Virus record (IMG/VR): IMGVR_UViG_3300011187_000002
DNA: 64,000 nucleotides
Strand: one strand, 5' to 3'
Source: a virus
Taxonomy: Duplodnaviria > Heunggongvirae > Uroviricota > Caudoviricetes
A program made the position numbers and the translations under genes. The notes beneath the pieces are model-generated. The model was not told where the DNA came from. It searched no databases and saw nothing but the letters and a program-made list of their open reading frames with translations. Shown here one piece after another: positions 62,370-64,000 of the stretch; position 1 is the stretch's first letter, and the number at the start of each line of letters is the position of its first letter.

Positions 62370-63060
62370 CGCTATCCTCCTGTTTCTTCTTACCTTTCTT
62401 AGACCCCCGGAGCGCTTTGAGTGCTTCGGCGGCTTTATTTAATTGGTCACTACCCTCTTTGGCTTCGGACTGAATTTCGACCGCCGAAGAGGTTTTGGCT
62501 TTTCCCGACCGAATTTTCGACGGGATGAACGTAGGAGTGTCATCCACAACACCACTATCCGAAGTCGGTACGGGCGCTGTGCCTGTGGAGGGTACACCTT
62601 CGATCTTGATGGGGCGTTCCATGTACTCGGAAAACTTTTCCATCATAAGCTGTTGCTGTTGCATGAGCTTTTCAAGATTGCCCCGCAGCTTTGCGTTCTC
62701 TTCGAGGGTTTGCTCAAGCATCTTTTCCGACTTGGAGTCGGACTTTTTATCGTCAGTGGCGGAAACCTTCTTGGTAGTAGTGGAAGGCGGAGGTGCAGGT
62801 GCGGGTGTCGTGTGTTTTTGGACGGGCTTCGACCGAGGTTTAGACTTTTTAGGTACAGGCGAAGCCGTATTAAGGTCATGCCCGCTGATTACCTTCTTCT
62901 TGACTACCAAACCCTGTTGGAGGGCATGGTTAAGATCACGGCTCCAGTTGGCACGCTCGTAGTTGAGGACCTCTTCCTTCTGGTACGCCACATCCAACCC
63001 CAAATCTTGGATTGTATGTCCCCCGAGGACGCGCCCTTCTATGACGAGAAACTTTTCCAC
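62362..63060 (-). CDS. hypothetical protein (coiled coil, Lys/Pro-rich linker)
   Basis: 232-aa ORF. Confidence 0.5.
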   Translation of the reverse strand: MEKFLVIEGRVLGGHTIQDLGLDVAYQKEEVLNYERANWSRDLNHALQQGLVVKKKVISGHDLNTASPVPKKSKPRSKPVQKHTTPAPAPPPSTTTKKVSATDDKKSDSKSEKMLEQTLEENAKLRGNLEKLMQQQQLMMEKFSEYMERPIKIEGVPSTGTAPVPTSDSGVVDDTPTFIPSKIRSGKAKTSSAVEIQSEAKEGSDQLNKAAEALKALRGSKKGKKKQEDSDD

Positions 63061-63072
63061 TCAACACCTCTG

Positions 63073-63579
63073 TTACTTGCCTTGCAACCGGCTCTTGATG
63101 CGATCTTTAATGCTCTGGGCAATACGTTCCTTGACCTTTTCACGGGCCTTTTCTACGCCCCGCTCAATGAAATTCTTTCCCTTGATTCCGGGGTGCTGCC
63201 ATTTGCCCTCTTGCATGGATTTCGGTGTGGCACTACGGAAAATCACGTCGCCCTCATCCGTGAGGATAGGGATCGGCTTATCCGATTTCGACAAATAAGT
63301 CATCTGGTGCGCTTTGACCCCTTTGTCGAGATACTTTGCAGCCGGGTGGTCGGACTCCAGTACCAAGGTACTTTTGCCTTCGACCCGATAACTGAACGAA
63401 TCCAGAAGATCCTTGGGCTGCCCTTTGAAAGACGTGCGCCGGATCTCTTTCTGGACCGCTTTGATCGCCTCCTTGCCCGTCTCTTCAAGCAAATCGGAAC
63501 GGTCCTCATCGTCTTTGAGGGGTGTCCCTTTGACGAGGGGTTTACCGTATACGCCTCTGAGTCTGTATTTACCGGCCAT
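63073..63579 (-). CDS. hypothetical protein
   Basis: 168-aa ORF. Confidence 0.5.
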   Translation of the reverse strand: MAGKYRLRGVYGKPLVKGTPLKDDEDRSDLLEETGKEAIKAVQKEIRRTSFKGQPKDLLDSFSYRVEGKSTLVLESDHPAAKYLDKGVKAHQMTYLSKSDKPIPILTDEGDVIFRSATPKSMQEGKWQHPGIKGKNFIERGVEKAREKVKERIAQSIKDRIKSRLQGK

Positions 63580-63805
63580 AGGTCTTTAAGATGGCTTTAG
63601 ACGCCCAACGGTTACGGGCAGCGGTACGCTCCCGAACCGTGCCCACACATTTCGCATGGGCCTCCTGCTGGTTGATGAAAATGCGATACAATGGTCCCTT
63701 AACTTTGGAACTCACCCGAACCTTTAGCCGCACACCGTCTTCGGCAGCAACACGTTCGAGCCGTTCACTGCCCAGAAGTTTTGAGTTGTGATCTCGCAAT
63801 GTCAT
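63569..63805 (-). CDS. hypothetical protein
   Basis: 78-aa ORF. Confidence 0.4.
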   Translation of the reverse strand: MTLRDHNSKLLGSERLERVAAEDGVRLKVRVSSKVKGPLYRIFINQQEAHAKCVGTVRERTAARNRWASKAILKTYGR

Positions 63806-63965
63806 AGTCCACGCATTTGAGTGACGACAGTAGTTCAGCGTTCGCTTCGATCTCTATATCAACGGGATGTACCCATTTTTCGGTATCCAACCCGTCGCTC
63901 ATAACCGAAATGATCTTAGTGCCATGTGCGGTATAAGGTGAAATCGTCTGTAACAGTTGGCCCAT
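63765..63965 (-). CDS. hypothetical protein
   Basis: 66-aa ORF near window end. Confidence 0.35.
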   Translation of the reverse strand: MGQLLQTISPYTAHGTKIISVMSDGLDTEKWVHPVDIEIEANAELLSSLKCVDYDIARSQLKTSGQ

Positions 63966-64000
63966 GCTATCCGCAAATTGACGGAAACCTAGATCTAAAA

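Noticed and set aside
62443-63600. 385-aa plus-strand ORF
   Set aside because: Antisense to two tail-end minus genes; low-complexity Arg/Leu/Phe-rich; spurious.

Overview
This 64-kb window looks like part of a large (jumbo-type) bacteriophage or phage-like element. Coding density is very high and more than 90% of genes are on the minus strand, many joined by ATGA or other short overlaps. There are rho-independent terminators, and a recurring sigma70-like promoter (TTGAC[A/G]-N17-TATAWG) faces the minus strand. Bacterial-style signals such as Shine-Dalgarno motifs, an ECF sigma factor and a tRNA-His with encoded G-1 argue against a eukaryotic virus.

Recognisable products:
- Host-like housekeeping and stress genes: peptide deformylase, Lon protease followed by a DnaJ-type CxxCxGxG zinc-finger protein, GroEL, a tandem cold-shock-domain protein, a small alarmone (ppGpp) hydrolase of the RelA/SpoT HD type, an Nfu/NifU-like protein, an SPFH lipoprotein, and an AAA+ ATPase.
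- DNA metabolism: a type IIA topoisomerase B subunit (GyrB/ParE-like), dUTPase, a DEDDh 3'-5' exonuclease, and two HNH endonucleases.
- RNA and nucleotide enzymes: two class-II (CCA/poly-A family) tRNA nucleotidyltransferases, an RNase-Z-like MBL hydrolase, a DHH/DHHA1 (NrnA-like) phosphoesterase, a minimal class-II aminoacyl-tRNA-synthetase-like core, a MazG/HisE-like domain protein, a PLP aminotransferase-like protein, PTP-like and calcineurin-like phosphatases, a patatin-like phospholipase, and a Pol-beta-superfamily nucleotidyltransferase (CD-NTase/SMODS-like GS...DLDL motif) next to the ECF sigma factor.
- Structural: a 1517-aa tail-sheath-like protein and a 598-aa protein sharing about 60-aa repeat modules.
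- A six-tRNA island at 13.4–18.3 kb (anticodon-UAA, Leu-CAA, Thr-UGU, His-GUG, Thr-CGU, Arg-UCU). None encodes CCA.

Unusual items: a full LAGLIDADG intein inside an HTH-fused actin-like ATPase; a paralog family of small proteins sharing a 'DLKDQLIKLG..PELR..L.PIL' head module, including a decayed zinc-ribbon copy with TGA at a Cys codon; a tRNA-His carrying an 11-nt tandem duplication; a class-I-shaped tRNA with anticodon UAA; a secreted lipoprotein built from calcium-binding-EGF-like modules; and two tandem paralog pairs.

Coordinates were derived by hand-counting and may be off by ±1–2.
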